From assembly GCA_035316025.1 (NCBI GenBank), contig DATFXL010000102.1, positions 1,195 through 65,194 on the forward strand: 64,000 nt of DNA, in the 5' to 3' direction. This stretch comes from Acidimicrobiia bacterium. GTDB lineage: Bacteria; Actinomycetota; Acidimicrobiia; IMCC26256; JACDBD01. Below, in pieces: positions 57,167 to 64,000 of this stretch (position 1 is its first letter; the number at the start of each line of letters is the position of its first letter). The position numbers and the translations under genes were made by a program. The notes below the pieces were generated by a model. That model was not told where the DNA came from, made no database searches, and worked only from the letters and a program-made list of their open reading frames with translations.

Positions 57167-58369
57167 TCACGCCGCGAGTGGTGGCCCGTGGGTGTTGCGG
57201 GGATGGCGAGGATCGCCCGGGGGAACGAATGCCCGCTTGCCCGTTCCCTCGACGAGGGCCCAGTTGTCCCTGGTCTTGAGGTCGTGATGGTGGCGGCAGT
57301 ACCGGTCGCACAGCTCGAGCAGCGTCATATGGGTTTGTGACCAGTCCTCGCGGTGGTCGACTTCCAGGTAGGTCAAGCTGTTGCAGCCTTCGACGGCACA
57401 GGTGGGGTACAGCCACTCGAGGGCGCTGAGCTGGCGGGCGTTGGGCCGGCGTCCCAGGTGGGCGACGCCGGCGACGTCCCGGCCTTTCGTAACCACTGCG
57501 GCGAGGAACGGGTCCTCGGTGTCGAGCAGGTGGCGAATGGCCGAAACGGCGATGGGACCGTAGCCCGCGATCTCGCAGGTCTCATCGCTGGTCGGGAACC
57601 CGCGCAGCAGGGCGGCAAGGTCGACCCGCACGAGGATCTTCGCCCGGCGCGACCGCTTGGCCGCGCCGCCCGTCGCACCGGCGCGACGAGCGAGCTCGGC
57701 CAGCGCGTCGGCGGCGTGCGCCTCGAGGCGCTCTGCCCGACCCTGATTGCGGGCCAGAGCGAGGAGCTCGTCGCGGACGGGCTCGATCGCGGCCATGACC
57801 CCGGCGATGACCTCGGGGTTGTCGCGCATCTGCAACAGAGCGGCGCCTTCGACATCGTTCCAGGACCGCAGGTACCGCTGACGGTGGATGCGCCGCCGGC
57901 GCTCCTCGAGATCCATGACGTTCGCCTTGGTGCGGGCGCACTCGTCGCGCAGCTCTCCGTAGCTGCCGCGCGCTGCCTGCTCGAGGAGCCGCTGCTCGGC
58001 GTGTGGATCAGCGGTGGCGGCGTCGGTGATCACCGCCACCTGATGGGCCGACAGCTCGCCCCGTCGAGCGGCGGCCTCGACGGCGGGAAGCTCCCGAAGG
58101 CGACGGGCGCACTCGAGCGCGTCGCGCGCCGGACCGACCGGCGTGCCCGTCAAGCGCGCCAGATGATGCGCCGCCGACCGATCGCCTTCGCGCTTCCACA
58201 CGTTCGTCTCCGCCACCCGCGCCGCCGCCAGCGACTTCACCGCGGCCGCCATCTTCTCGATGGCCGCCGCATCCTTCACCGCCCGCGCCGCATCATCGGC
58301 GCCCAGCCGGCGGGCATCGAAGCGCGCCGCGTACTCGCCCATCGAGCTCCGGAGCTCCGATAACCTCAT
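57167..58369 (-). CDS. DUF222 domain HNH endonuclease (13E12-repeat-like)
   Basis: C-terminus CAVEGCNS...LEVDHREDW....T.L..L...C..HH..K and the long helical DUF222 N-terminal region. Confidence 0.8.
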   Translation of the reverse strand: MRLSELRSSMGEYAARFDARRLGADDAARAVKDAAAIEKMAAAVKSLAAARVAETNVWKREGDRSAAHHLARLTGTPVGPARDALECARRLRELPAVEAAARRGELSAHQVAVITDAATADPHAEQRLLEQAARGSYGELRDECARTKANVMDLEERRRRIHRQRYLRSWNDVEGAALLQMRDNPEVIAGVMAAIEPVRDELLALARNQGRAERLEAHAADALAELARRAGATGGAAKRSRRAKILVRVDLAALLRGFPTSDETCEIAGYGPIAVSAIRHLLDTEDPFLAAVVTKGRDVAGVAHLGRRPNARQLSALEWLYPTCAVEGCNSLTYLEVDHREDWSQTHMTLLELCDRYCRHHHDLKTRDNWALVEGTGKRAFVPPGDPRHPRNTHGPPLAA

Positions 58370-58425
58370 ATCCCGGAGCGTACGAACGGGGTATGACAGC
58401 TACGCGGGTGCGCGCACCTGGTCCG

Positions 58426-59028
58426 CTATGAGGTGTTGCGGTCCTCAGTCCGGGTGGCCGCAGCGGTGGGCTGCATGATCGTGTCGCGGTAGTAGCGCAG
58501 CTCCGCGAGGGACTCCCGGATGTCGTCGAGCGCGCGGTGAGTCTCGGTCTTGCCCGGACGCTTCTTGTATGCGTCGGGATACCAGCGCCGGCAAAGCTCC
58601 TTGAGCGACGACACGTCGATGCTCCGGTAGTGGAGATAGCGGTCGAGCTGGGGTAGGTAGCGGTCGAGGAAGCGGCGGTCGACGCCGATCGAGTTGCCGC
58701 ACATCGGTGCCGTGCCGGGCTCGGGTACGAACTGCCTGATGTAATCGACGGCCTGCTTGCCGGCGTCCTCGAGCGTGAGCGACGACCGCTCGATCTCGCT
58801 CAGCAGTCCGGACTTGGTGTGCATCTTGCGCACGAAGTCGTCCATCTCGGCCAGCACCTCGGGCGGTTCGTGTACCACCAGGTCGAGGCCTTCGGCAAGC
58901 AGCTCGAGGCGGGCGTCGGTGACGAGCACCGCCAGCTCGACGATCCGGTGCCGCTCGACCTCGAGGCCGGTCATCTCGAGGTCGATCCACACGAGGCGGT
59001 CATCGGCGCTGGCCGGGGCCTCGGGCAC
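58426..59028 (-). CDS. orn: Oligoribonuclease
   Basis: LVWIDLEMTGL...GNSIGVDRRFL...HRALDDI DEDDh motifs. Confidence 0.9.
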   Translation of the reverse strand: MPEAPASADDRLVWIDLEMTGLEVERHRIVELAVLVTDARLELLAEGLDLVVHEPPEVLAEMDDFVRKMHTKSGLLSEIERSSLTLEDAGKQAVDYIRQFVPEPGTAPMCGNSIGVDRRFLDRYLPQLDRYLHYRSIDVSSLKELCRRWYPDAYKKRPGKTETHRALDDIRESLAELRYYRDTIMQPTAAATRTEDRNTS

Positions 59029-59077
59029 GGGATCACGCTACCGTTCACGACGTCATGGCGATGATGACGACGACGAC

Positions 59078-59695
59078 ATGACCAGCGTCCGGCACGCCAA
59101 GTCGATCGCCCTCGGTGGGCCGCGTATCGACCTACGGCCCCTCCGGAGCAGCGACTTCGGAGCCTGGCAGGACGTGCGCACGCGCAGCCGCGACTGGCTC
59201 GAGCCGTGGGAGCCGCTCGCCGACCCCGGGAGCCCCGACCCCGTGACCGATCCTGAAGCCTTCCGCGCCCGCTGCGGCGCGTGGGAGCGGCAACGGCACT
59301 TCGACACGGCCTACGGCTTCGGGTTGTTCCTCCACGACGGCTCGCTGATCGGCGAAGTGAGCCTCGGGAGCGTGCAGCGCGGACCGTTCCAGTCGGCGTT
59401 CGTGGGCTATTGGATCGACGCGCTGCACGCGGGGCAGAGCCTCGTCCCCGAAGGGGTTGCCGTGATCCTTCGGTACGGCTTCGACGAGTTGCACCTCCAC
59501 CGCATCGAAGCCGCCATCGTGCCCCGCAACAGCGCGAGCCGCCGGGTGGCGCACAAGCTCGGCCTCCGGCAGGAAGGCGTGGCGGAACGGTTCCTCCAGA
59601 TCCGCGGCGTGTGGGAGGACCACGTCCGCTACGCGATCACGTCCGAGGAGTGGGACGTGCGCCGCGACGAGATCACGAGGCGGTTCCTCACCTGA
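59078..59695 (+). CDS. GNAT family N-acetyltransferase (RimJ-like)
   Basis: ATG 59078. IDLRPLRSSDF..W...R.....L.PWEP...LHRIEAAIVPRN.AS.RV..KLG. Confidence 0.8.
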   Translation: MTSVRHAKSIALGGPRIDLRPLRSSDFGAWQDVRTRSRDWLEPWEPLADPGSPDPVTDPEAFRARCGAWERQRHFDTAYGFGLFLHDGSLIGEVSLGSVQRGPFQSAFVGYWIDALHAGQSLVPEGVAVILRYGFDELHLHRIEAAIVPRNSASRRVAHKLGLRQEGVAERFLQIRGVWEDHVRYAITSEEWDVRRDEITRRFLT

Positions 59696-60375
59696 ACCCA
59701 GGGTCGCCCGGTCGCAGCCGGAGCTTCTCCACCGAGGACGCCTACGGTCTCCTGCTCGCGATCATCATCCTCACCTTCGTCCTGCTGTCGCAGGTCGATC
59801 CGGCCCGCTGGACTCGGCTCGTCGTCGCACCCAGTGTCGGCGCCATGCTGCTCCTCGCGCTGTACGCGTCACGTGCCCGGTTCGAGCTCGTGCGGGCGGC
59901 GGTGATCGCCCTGGCCGTCTCGTACCTGATCGTCTTCGCCGAGGCGTTGTTCGACAGCGAGGCCTTCAAAGGCTCCATCTATCTCATCTACGGGCTGCTG
60001 CTCCTGATCACGCCGCTCGTCATCATCAACCGCATCCTGCGGCATCCCGAGGTCCAGGTCTCGACCATCCTCGGCGCGATCTGTGCCTACATGCTCATCG
60101 GCATGGTGTTCGGGTTCGTGTACGCGCTGATCGGGCGGATCGACCCACCGTTCTTCGCCAAGCACGGCCCCGTCGACCAGTTCGACTACTTCTATTTCAG
60201 TTACGCGTGCTTGACGACCGTCGGCTTCGGTGACTTCGTGTCGCGCGGCGACTTCGGCCGCGCGCTGTCCGTGCTGGAAGCCGCGTTCGGCCAGGTCTTC
60301 CTCGTGACCCTCATCGCTCGCCTCGTCTCGCTGTTCAAGCCGCCGCAACGCGACGCGAACTCCTCCGAGACCTGA
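59650..60375 (+). CDS. Potassium channel family protein (TVGFGD filter)
   Basis: Pore signature YACLTTVGFGDFV with multiple TM helices. The start is uncertain: the only in-frame canonical start before the first TM helix is GTG 59650. Confidence 0.65.
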   Translation: MGRAPRRDHEAVPHLNPGSPGRSRSFSTEDAYGLLLAIIILTFVLLSQVDPARWTRLVVAPSVGAMLLLALYASRARFELVRAAVIALAVSYLIVFAEALFDSEAFKGSIYLIYGLLLLITPLVIINRILRHPEVQVSTILGAICAYMLIGMVFGFVYALIGRIDPPFFAKHGPVDQFDYFYFSYACLTTVGFGDFVSRGDFGRALSVLEAAFGQVFLVTLIARLVSLFKPPQRDANSSET

Positions 60376-60412
60376 ACGGTCACGACCAGGCGGAGGAACA
60401 CGGCCCGTGCGC

Positions 60413-61177
60413 TCACGACCTTCGGCGGCGGGCCTCGGCCTTCGCCCGCTGCTCGGCGAAGAAGCCCTGCTCGAGACTCCAACGCTGACGTTCGAGCTCG
60501 AGGGCGACGGCCTCGTCGAGCGATCCCAACCGCGGCGTCTCGCGCAACGACGCCTTGACCTTCCTCGCGAGCTCCCGAGGAAGGTCAGCAGCGCGCCCGG
60601 CGATGCGCGTCGCCTCGTCGAGCAGCTCGGCCTCGTCGACGCACGTCCAGGCCAGCCCGATCTCCGCCGCCCGCTCGCCGCCCGGCGCCTCACCTCCGAG
60701 CACCATGGCCGCCGCGGCTTGCGGGCCCACGGCCTCGGTGAGCAACCGCGTGTGCCCTCCGCCTGGGTGCAGCCCGATGCGCGCGAACCGACAGTCGAAA
60801 CGCGCCGACGGGCTCGCGACGCGGACGTCGCACGCCAGCGCGAGGTTCAGACCCGCACCGACGGCGGGACCGTTCACCGCCGCGACCGTCGGCAGCGTGC
60901 AGCGGTGGACGCGGAGGAAGCCGTCGTAGATCGACGGCAGCGCGCCGCGCTCCTCGCGCGCGCCGCTCATCGCACCGAGTGCGCCGACGTCGGCGCCGGA
61001 GCAGAACGCGGGCGGGGCGCCCGTGACCACGAGCGCGCCGACACCGTCGTCGTCCTCCAGAGCGTCGACGGTGGACACGATCTCGCCTACGAGCTCCGAC
61101 GAGAGCGCGTTCCTACGGTCGGGGTCGTCGAGGGTGAGCAGTGCGACACGCTCACGCCGCTCGACGCGGAGCGGCAC
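60413..61177 (-). CDS. Enoyl-CoA hydratase/isomerase family protein
   Basis: GTG 61177, 5 nt after the upstream stop. LTLDDPDRRNAL...FCSGADV...AVNGPAVGAGLNLALACD. Confidence 0.8.
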   Translation of the reverse strand: MPLRVERRERVALLTLDDPDRRNALSSELVGEIVSTVDALEDDDGVGALVVTGAPPAFCSGADVGALGAMSGAREERGALPSIYDGFLRVHRCTLPTVAAVNGPAVGAGLNLALACDVRVASPSARFDCRFARIGLHPGGGHTRLLTEAVGPQAAAAMVLGGEAPGGERAAEIGLAWTCVDEAELLDEATRIAGRAADLPRELARKVKASLRETPRLGSLDEAVALELERQRWSLEQGFFAEQRAKAEARRRRS

Positions 61178-61182
61178 GGTCG

Positions 61183-62220
61183 CTACCCGCGGTCTCGCAC
61201 GACGGCCGCCGAATGCCGGAAGAACGCCTCGACGTCCTTCTCGTACGTGTACTCGGGCTCCGACGACCCGACGGCGCGCTGAAGCCGGAGGCTGCGAGCG
61301 AAGGCGTCGACGGCCCCCGCGGTCGTGTACTTGTACCGGAACCCGGCCCGCTTGAATCGGGAGTTGTCGACCCCGCGGCCGTACCGCAACAGGCTGAGCA
61401 TCTCGGGCGGCATGTCGATGAGTCGGAGCGCTCGCAACGGCTCGACGGCCACGTTGGCGAGGACGGGCGGCAGCGGCACCCGGGGCCGGCCGGCGATCCG
61501 GCACACCTCGCTCCAGGTGACCATGCCGTCGCCGGCGACGTTGTAGATGCCGGGCACGTCGTGGGTCGTCGAGTACATGAGCGCGTTGACGACATCTTCT
61601 TCGTGGGTGAACTGGAGGCGGGGATCGAACCCGAGCAGCTCGGGCGCGGCGGGCATCCGCAGCGCGTGCGCGAACGGCGTCGCCATGTGGTCGCCCAGCA
61701 CGTTCGAGAAGCGGAGCACGGTGACGAGCACGTGCGGGTTGTCCTCGGCGAAGTCACGCACGAAGGACTCTGACGAAAGCAGCGACCGCTCGATGCTCGT
61801 CTGCGGCGCACGCGTCCGGGCTGACTCCTCACGGAAGAAGTACGGGTCCTGGTAGTTCGACCCGTAGACGAGCGTGGAGCTCTTGACGACGACCTTGCGC
61901 ACCGGGCTGTTTGCCGCGCCCGCGGCGGCCGAGAGGTTCATCGTCCCGATCACGTTGATCTCGTGCATGGCCCGCCCGCTGAGCTGGGTCGAGTCGACGA
62001 CCAAGTGCGTGTGCAGGATCGTGTCCACCTGGGTCGCCTCGACGATGCGCTGCAGGATCGAGTGCGAGGAGTCTGTGCGCACGAACTCGGTGCGCTCGAG
62101 CGGCAGGACGGGATCGGACGTGTCGACGCCGACGACGACCTCCACGTCGGGGCGCGCCTCGAGCTCCTGGGCCAGCCGGCTGCCCCAGAAGGTTCCCAGC
62201 CCGGTGACGAGCACCCGCAC
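61183..62220 (-). CDS. NAD-dependent epimerase/dehydratase family protein
   Basis: MRVLVTGLGTFWGSRLAQEL Rossmann N-terminus. 345 aa. Confidence 0.75.
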   Translation of the reverse strand: MRVLVTGLGTFWGSRLAQELEARPDVEVVVGVDTSDPVLPLERTEFVRTDSSHSILQRIVEATQVDTILHTHLVVDSTQLSGRAMHEINVIGTMNLSAAAGAANSPVRKVVVKSSTLVYGSNYQDPYFFREESARTRAPQTSIERSLLSSESFVRDFAEDNPHVLVTVLRFSNVLGDHMATPFAHALRMPAAPELLGFDPRLQFTHEEDVVNALMYSTTHDVPGIYNVAGDGMVTWSEVCRIAGRPRVPLPPVLANVAVEPLRALRLIDMPPEMLSLLRYGRGVDNSRFKRAGFRYKYTTAGAVDAFARSLRLQRAVGSSEPEYTYEKDVEAFFRHSAAVVRDRG

Positions 62221-62223
62221 GGG

Positions 62224-63138
62224 TCAGCCGGTCCAGACGCTGCGACGGGCGCGCAGCATGTCGTACAGGGCGTGCTGGATGCGCTCCCGGATGTGTTCGG
62301 CCTCGTCCATGACCCGGCTACGGCTGTACCGCTCCTGATCGGCCGGGACGTCGAAGTGCGCCGGAGGCAGGACGCGCAGCTTGAACTTCGCGGGGAAGTA
62401 AGCCAGCAACCCGAGGGGGCCGAGCATGAGCATCTGCGGCGTGACCGGGAAGTACGGGATGTTGAGCATCCTCGCCAGCCGCGGGCTCTTCCAAACGATG
62501 GGCATCGACTCCTCTGCGCCCACGACGGCGATGGGCACGACGGGGACGCCCGCGCGCATCGCGATCTCGACGAACCCGCCCCGCCCGAAGCGGTTCAGCT
62601 TGTACCGGTCCCGGTACAGCTTGCCGGTGCCCTTCGTTCCCTCGGGGAAGACGAGCACGAGCTGCTTGTCGTCGTGGAGAAGCCGGTACGCGTTATCGGG
62701 ATGAGCCGGGACGCCGCCGAAGCGCGACCAGAGAGTCCCGAGCATGGGAATGGCTCGCAGCAGGTTCTCGGCCAGCCCGTAGACCGGCCGATGGAGCTCC
62801 TTCTCGATGCCGTGCATGATCACTGGCGCGTCCGACGGGATGGCGGCCGCGTGGTTGGCCACGATCAAAGCGCCGCCCTGGCGCGGGATGTGCTCGAGCC
62901 CCTCCCATTCGACACGGAACCAGTGCGAGTACAGGGGGTCGTAGACCATGCGCGCGACCTCACGCATGCGTTCGCTGCGGCCCCAGGCGTCGACGTCGCC
63001 GCGTCGAACGGCGGCGTCTTCGGACTCGGGTTGCGGCACAGGGACCAGATCGGTGCTCTGCGGCGGCGCCTCCACGTCGAGGTCGTCAGGAGCACGCAGA
63101 TTCACCGACGGTGCCTGCTGGTCCCACTGATCGGACAT
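62224..63138 (-). CDS. Lysophospholipid (1-acyl-glycerol-3-phosphate) acyltransferase family protein
   Basis: VANHAAAIPSD and FPEGTKGTGK acyltransferase blocks. Start is ATG 63138 (track 63174 is an alternative). Confidence 0.75.
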   Translation of the reverse strand: MSDQWDQQAPSVNLRAPDDLDVEAPPQSTDLVPVPQPESEDAAVRRGDVDAWGRSERMREVARMVYDPLYSHWFRVEWEGLEHIPRQGGALIVANHAAAIPSDAPVIMHGIEKELHRPVYGLAENLLRAIPMLGTLWSRFGGVPAHPDNAYRLLHDDKQLVLVFPEGTKGTGKLYRDRYKLNRFGRGGFVEIAMRAGVPVVPIAVVGAEESMPIVWKSPRLARMLNIPYFPVTPQMLMLGPLGLLAYFPAKFKLRVLPPAHFDVPADQERYSRSRVMDEAEHIRERIQHALYDMLRARRSVWTG

Positions 63139-63184
63139 CCCGGGAAGGAAACCGCGTCGCGGGACGCCGCGCAAACCGCCGAAT

Positions 63185-64000
63185 TCAGACGGTCCGGACG
63201 GCCCCCGTCACCTGCCAGCCGGAGCCGACGTAACGGGCCGCCATCCCGACGCCCCGGGCGCCCATCCAAAGCACGAGCGCGCCCCATAGCCACAACAACC
63301 CGCCGTCGAGCGCGAGCACGGCTGCGGCGGCCGGCGCGAACACGCCGAGGGTCGCGACGAGCATCGCGACCGCCAGGTAGGTGACGTCGCCGGCGCCGAT
63401 CAGGATGCCGTCGAGCACGAAGACGACGGCGTTGAGCGGCTGCATCACGGCGACGATCACGAGCACCTGGAGGGCGAGTGCTTGCACGTCGGGGTCCGGC
63501 GTGAACAGCGGCACGATGACCGGGCGCAGGATGACGAGCAGGACGCCGAACACGATGCCCACCCCGACCCCCCACTCGATCATGCGGCGCGCCACCGCAC
63601 GCGCCTCGTTCGAGTCGTCTGCGCCGAGAAAGCGCCCGATCATCGCCTGGGCCGCGATGGCGAGCGCGTCGAGCGACAGCGCGAGGAACAGGAACATCTG
63701 GAAGGCGATCTGATGGGCCGCGACGTCGTCGTCACCGATCCGAGAGGCGATCGCGGTGGCGGCGAGGAACGCGGCCAGGAGCGAGCCGGTGCGGACCACG
63801 AGCCGGCCGCCGATGCTGGCGGCAGCTCGGATCCCGGCCGCCCGTGGGCGTACCGAAGCGTGCTCGAGTTGCACAGTGCGAGCTGTGATCGCGATGTAGG
63901 CGAGGGCGGCGCCGTACTGCGCGATGACGGTGCCCCAGGCCGATCCCGCGATCCCGAGGTCAAGCCCGTAGACGAACACCACCTCGATCAGGATGTTGGC
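63185..64000 (-). CDS. MATE family efflux transporter, 5' end outside window
   Basis: Frame is open to the window edge (..ANILIEVVFVYGLDLGIAGSAWGTVIAQ..) and polytopic. Confidence 0.75.
   Translation of the reverse strand, partial: ANILIEVVFVYGLDLGIAGSAWGTVIAQYGAALAYIAITARTVQLEHASVRPRAAGIRAAASIGGRLVVRTGSLLAAFLAATAIASRIGDDDVAAHQIAFQMFLFLALSLDALAIAAQAMIGRFLGADDSNEARAVARRMIEWGVGVGIVFGVLLVILRPVIVPLFTPDPDVQALALQVLVIVAVMQPLNAVVFVLDGILIGAGDVTYLAVAMLVATLGVFAPAAAAVLALDGGLLWLWGALVLWMGARGVGMAARYVGSGWQVTGAVRTV

Noticed and set aside
58370-58425. Possible tRNA downstream of orn
   Set aside because: No cloverleaf (acceptor/T-arm GTTCGA-type pattern) could be folded from this 56-nt spacer.

Overview
Very GC-rich chromosomal segment (about 70% by eye, not computed), actinobacterial in character and densely coding. 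I support about 72 protein genes and 1 tRNA. I found no rRNA, CRISPR array, IS element or transposase. The backbone is the conserved actinobacterial housekeeping run: rsmI, metG, tatD, rpfB-like, rsmA/ksgA, ispE, (bS22, tRNA-Gln), glmU, prs, rplY/ctc, pth, mfd, mazG, eno, ftsB-like, DUF501, ppx. From memory this is the gene order of Mycobacterium tuberculosis Rv1003-Rv1026. Accessory blocks interrupt it: MOSC/VOC/DinB-like; a GT39-like membrane glycosyltransferase; a parvulin lipoprotein; ADC-like/SDR/GNAT/P450; two antisense cNMP-binding genes; and a DUF222-HNH gene. The left third carries an ABC-2 exporter, an acyltransferase-3/SGNH protein, MarR plus MFS, a serC operon, a Moco-oxidoreductase/cytochrome b pair, WS/DGAT, ApgM-type phosphoglycerate mutase and a small catabolic cluster. 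Many long track ORFs are off-frame or antisense shadows typical of high-GC DNA. I re-assigned several starts using 4-nt ATGA/GTGA start/stop overlaps at 1248, 5351, 8532, 9968, 19884, 22054, 24945, 30599, 36081, 43454, 45951, 46679, 53543 and 56031. The best lead is on the minus strand at 7999..8535. Two track ORFs there are really one gene joined by an in-frame UGA in a U-G-S-C-T-S-C motif, with a SECIS-like hairpin 11 nt downstream. That gene is translationally coupled to a thioredoxin-fold fusion protein and to serC, suggesting a selenol/thiol redox module I cannot match to a described system. Other points: two tiny ribosomal protein genes (bS22, bL37) missing from the ORF track; a YchF homologue with a destroyed P-loop; a perfect palindrome over the Rrf2 start codon; an RpfB-position gene without the Rpf domain, preceded by a possibly structured leader; and two genes whose conserved N-termini lack a canonical start codon.
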